Below, one piece after another: positions 62,609 through 64,000 of a DNA stretch of 64,000 nt. The stretch lies in NCBI GenBank assembly GCA_934086955.1, contig CAKOIN010000003.1:71271-135270 (forward strand), read 5' to 3'. Every line of letters begins with the position of its first letter. Positions within the stretch are counted from its first letter, which is position 1. A program made the translations under genes and the position numbers. Under the pieces are notes generated by a model. The model made no database searches and was not told the DNA's origin. It saw nothing but the letters and a program-made list of their open reading frames with translations. Source of the DNA: an uncultured Bacilli bacterium. Its GTDB lineage: Bacteria > Bacillota_I > Bacilli_A > RF39 > UBA660.

Positions 62609-62696
62609 ATAATCATTTAAAAATTTATTTAAGTTGTCATTTAAAAGTCACTTTAAAAATAATATAATTATGATATAATTATTTAAGGTGACTAAT

Positions 62697-63701
62697 ATGA
62701 AGAAACTTGGTTTAAAGACAATTGTTATATTTTTGATTACTATATTTTTATTTTATTATCTTTTAAAGGATAATTTTATAGAGTCTATGAAGTTACTTAA
62801 AAATGCTAATTATTTATATATATTTTTAGCTGTTTTGGTATTTATTTTATATATTATAGTTGAGTCTTATTTATTATATATACTTATTAGAAAGCAAAAG
62901 AAAAATTATAAATTTAAAGATGCGATTAATTTAGATATTATGACTAAGTTTTTTAATGGGATAACTCCTTTTTCACTCGGGGGACAACCTCTTCAAATAT
63001 ATAGATTAAATAGAGAAGGAGTTGCGGTTACAAAAGGAATATTGATTTTAGTTGAGAATTTTATAATACTACAAATTACAATGAGTATAATGTGTATTTT
63101 ATATTTAATAATTGGTTATGCATTTAATATTATGCCTAGTGGATTTGTTTTATATTGTACTATACTTGGGATTATTATAACTATAGTTTCACTTTTTATA
63201 GCGATATTTTCATGTTTAAAAACTAGTGTTGCTAAAAAGATAGGATATTTCTTTATTGATAAATTTAAATTTATTAAAGATAAAGAAGGTAAAAAAGAGA
63301 AATGGTCATCTAAATGTAGTGAATATTCTCTTGGCTATAAGGAATTAATTAAAGATAAAAAGTTTGTTGTTAAGTGCATTATTATTAATTTTATATATAT
63401 GTCTATATATTTTATGGTTCCATTTTTTACATTTAAAGCATTAAATACTGATATAAATATTAATTTTATTTTCTCAATTATTTTTGGTTGTTTTATATAT
63501 ACTGCATCTTGTTTTATACCAATTCCAGGTGGAAGTGTTGGTGCTGAATATTCTTTTATTCATTACTTTGAAGTTATAGTGAAAGAAGTGTTTATTGTAC
63601 CAGGATTATTGTTATGGAGATTTATAACTTATTATATACCTATGATTGTTGGTGGTGTTATGTTTAATATAATTGATTCAAAAAGTGTAAAAAATAAGTA
63701 A
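62697..63701 (+). CDS. UPF0104/flippase-like multi-TM membrane protein (MprF C-terminal-region-like)
   Basis: 335 aa with about 8 TM helices. ATG 62697 after an aaggtga RBS. Confidence 0.5.
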   Translation: MKKLGLKTIVIFLITIFLFYYLLKDNFIESMKLLKNANYLYIFLAVLVFILYIIVESYLLYILIRKQKKNYKFKDAINLDIMTKFFNGITPFSLGGQPLQIYRLNREGVAVTKGILILVENFIILQITMSIMCILYLIIGYAFNIMPSGFVLYCTILGIIITIVSLFIAIFSCLKTSVAKKIGYFFIDKFKFIKDKEGKKEKWSSKCSEYSLGYKELIKDKKFVVKCIIINFIYMSIYFMVPFFTFKALNTDININFIFSIIFGCFIYTASCFIPIPGGSVGAEYSFIHYFEVIVKEVFIVPGLLLWRFITYYIPMIVGGVMFNIIDSKSVKNK

Positions 63702-63703
63702 AA

Positions 63704-63730
63704 AGGCTATCTTAAATAGCTTTTTTTATT
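63704..63730 (+). terminator. rho-independent terminator
   Basis: aaaggctat-cttaa-atagcttt hairpin followed by ttttatt. Confidence 0.5.
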
Positions 63731-63754
63731 GTATAATGTTATTGGGTAAAAAAT

Positions 63755-64000
63755 ATGATAGAGATTGATAATAAGGAATTAGTTGATGATTTTAAAGATT
63801 ATTTAAGAATAGATAAGAATTATTCTGAGAATACTATTGAATCATATATAAGAGATATTAGTTCATTTTTAGAATATACTAATAAGGAAGTTTTAGATAT
63901 ATCTAAAAAAGATATTGATAATTATGTTTTACATATATTACCAAAATATAATGAAAGTTCTATTAATAGAATAATTGCTAGTATTAAAAGCTTTTATAAA
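63755..64000 (+). CDS. tyrosine recombinase XerC/XerD-like, N-terminal fragment (continues beyond the window)
   Basis: N-terminal core-binding domain pattern (...ENTIESYIRDISSFLEY...) typical of Xer recombinases. Confidence 0.55.
   Translation, partial: MIEIDNKELVDDFKDYLRIDKNYSENTIESYIRDISSFLEYTNKEVLDISKKDIDNYVLHILPKYNESSINRIIASIKSFYK

Overview
This is a roughly 25% GC, standard-code (TGA = stop) Firmicutes chromosomal segment dominated by core genes. The short Mollicutes-like SMC (976 aa), the DUF285-type repeats and the cell-wall genes (alr, MOP flippases, a GH73-like hydrolase, a sortase substrate) are most consistent with an Erysipelotrichia-like or related low-GC lineage. Core genes recognised: aspS, lysS, polC, polA, alr, tmcAL, rpmF, ppa, lgt, a trxB-like gene, a TrmH/RlmB-family methyltransferase, sigH, ruvA, ruvB, yidD, rnc, smc, def, cvpA, trxA, queA, tgt, metK, tcdA and rarA, with a partial xerC/xerD-like gene at the window end. 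There are no tRNA or rRNA genes and no CRISPR array. Cis-regulatory RNAs: a probable T-box leader upstream of aspS and a clear SAM-I (S-box) riboswitch upstream of metK. metK carries a +1 frameshift in an A6 homopolymer. The most unusual content is a set of three paralogous genes (22841-24715, 29729-32566, 33128-33637). Each starts with a textbook type IV prepilin class III signal (KKG|FTLVELLAVIAILG, with G-1, F+1 and E+5) followed by a Cys-rich pilin-like domain of about 165 aa. In the two large copies this domain is fused, through a poly-Thr linker in one case, to 13 to 22 tandem DUF285-type repeats of about 26 aa (FDTSNVTNMSxMF), a repeat class normally found on Mycoplasma/Erysipelotrichia lipoproteins. 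The third copy is a short pilin-sized version that breaks by frameshift exactly at the linker position. I read these as a previously undescribed class of giant pilin-anchored repeat adhesins, or giant pseudopilins. Other items worth a second look: a two-gene cassette of an ABC-type ATPase and a small all-alpha MazG-like NTP pyrophosphohydrolase wedged before polC; a GT4 glycosyltransferase next to a membrane-anchored LmbE/PIG-L deacetylase; an alr / ATP-grasp / flippase module; a TasA/camelysin-like protein with a SipW-type signal; an Rpn-family PD-(D/E)XK nuclease; a HAD deoxyribonucleotidase inserted between ruvA and ruvB; two structured GC-rich candidate small RNAs (59.6 kb and 62.5 kb); and twin near-identical terminator hairpins bracketing an ABC transporter gene.
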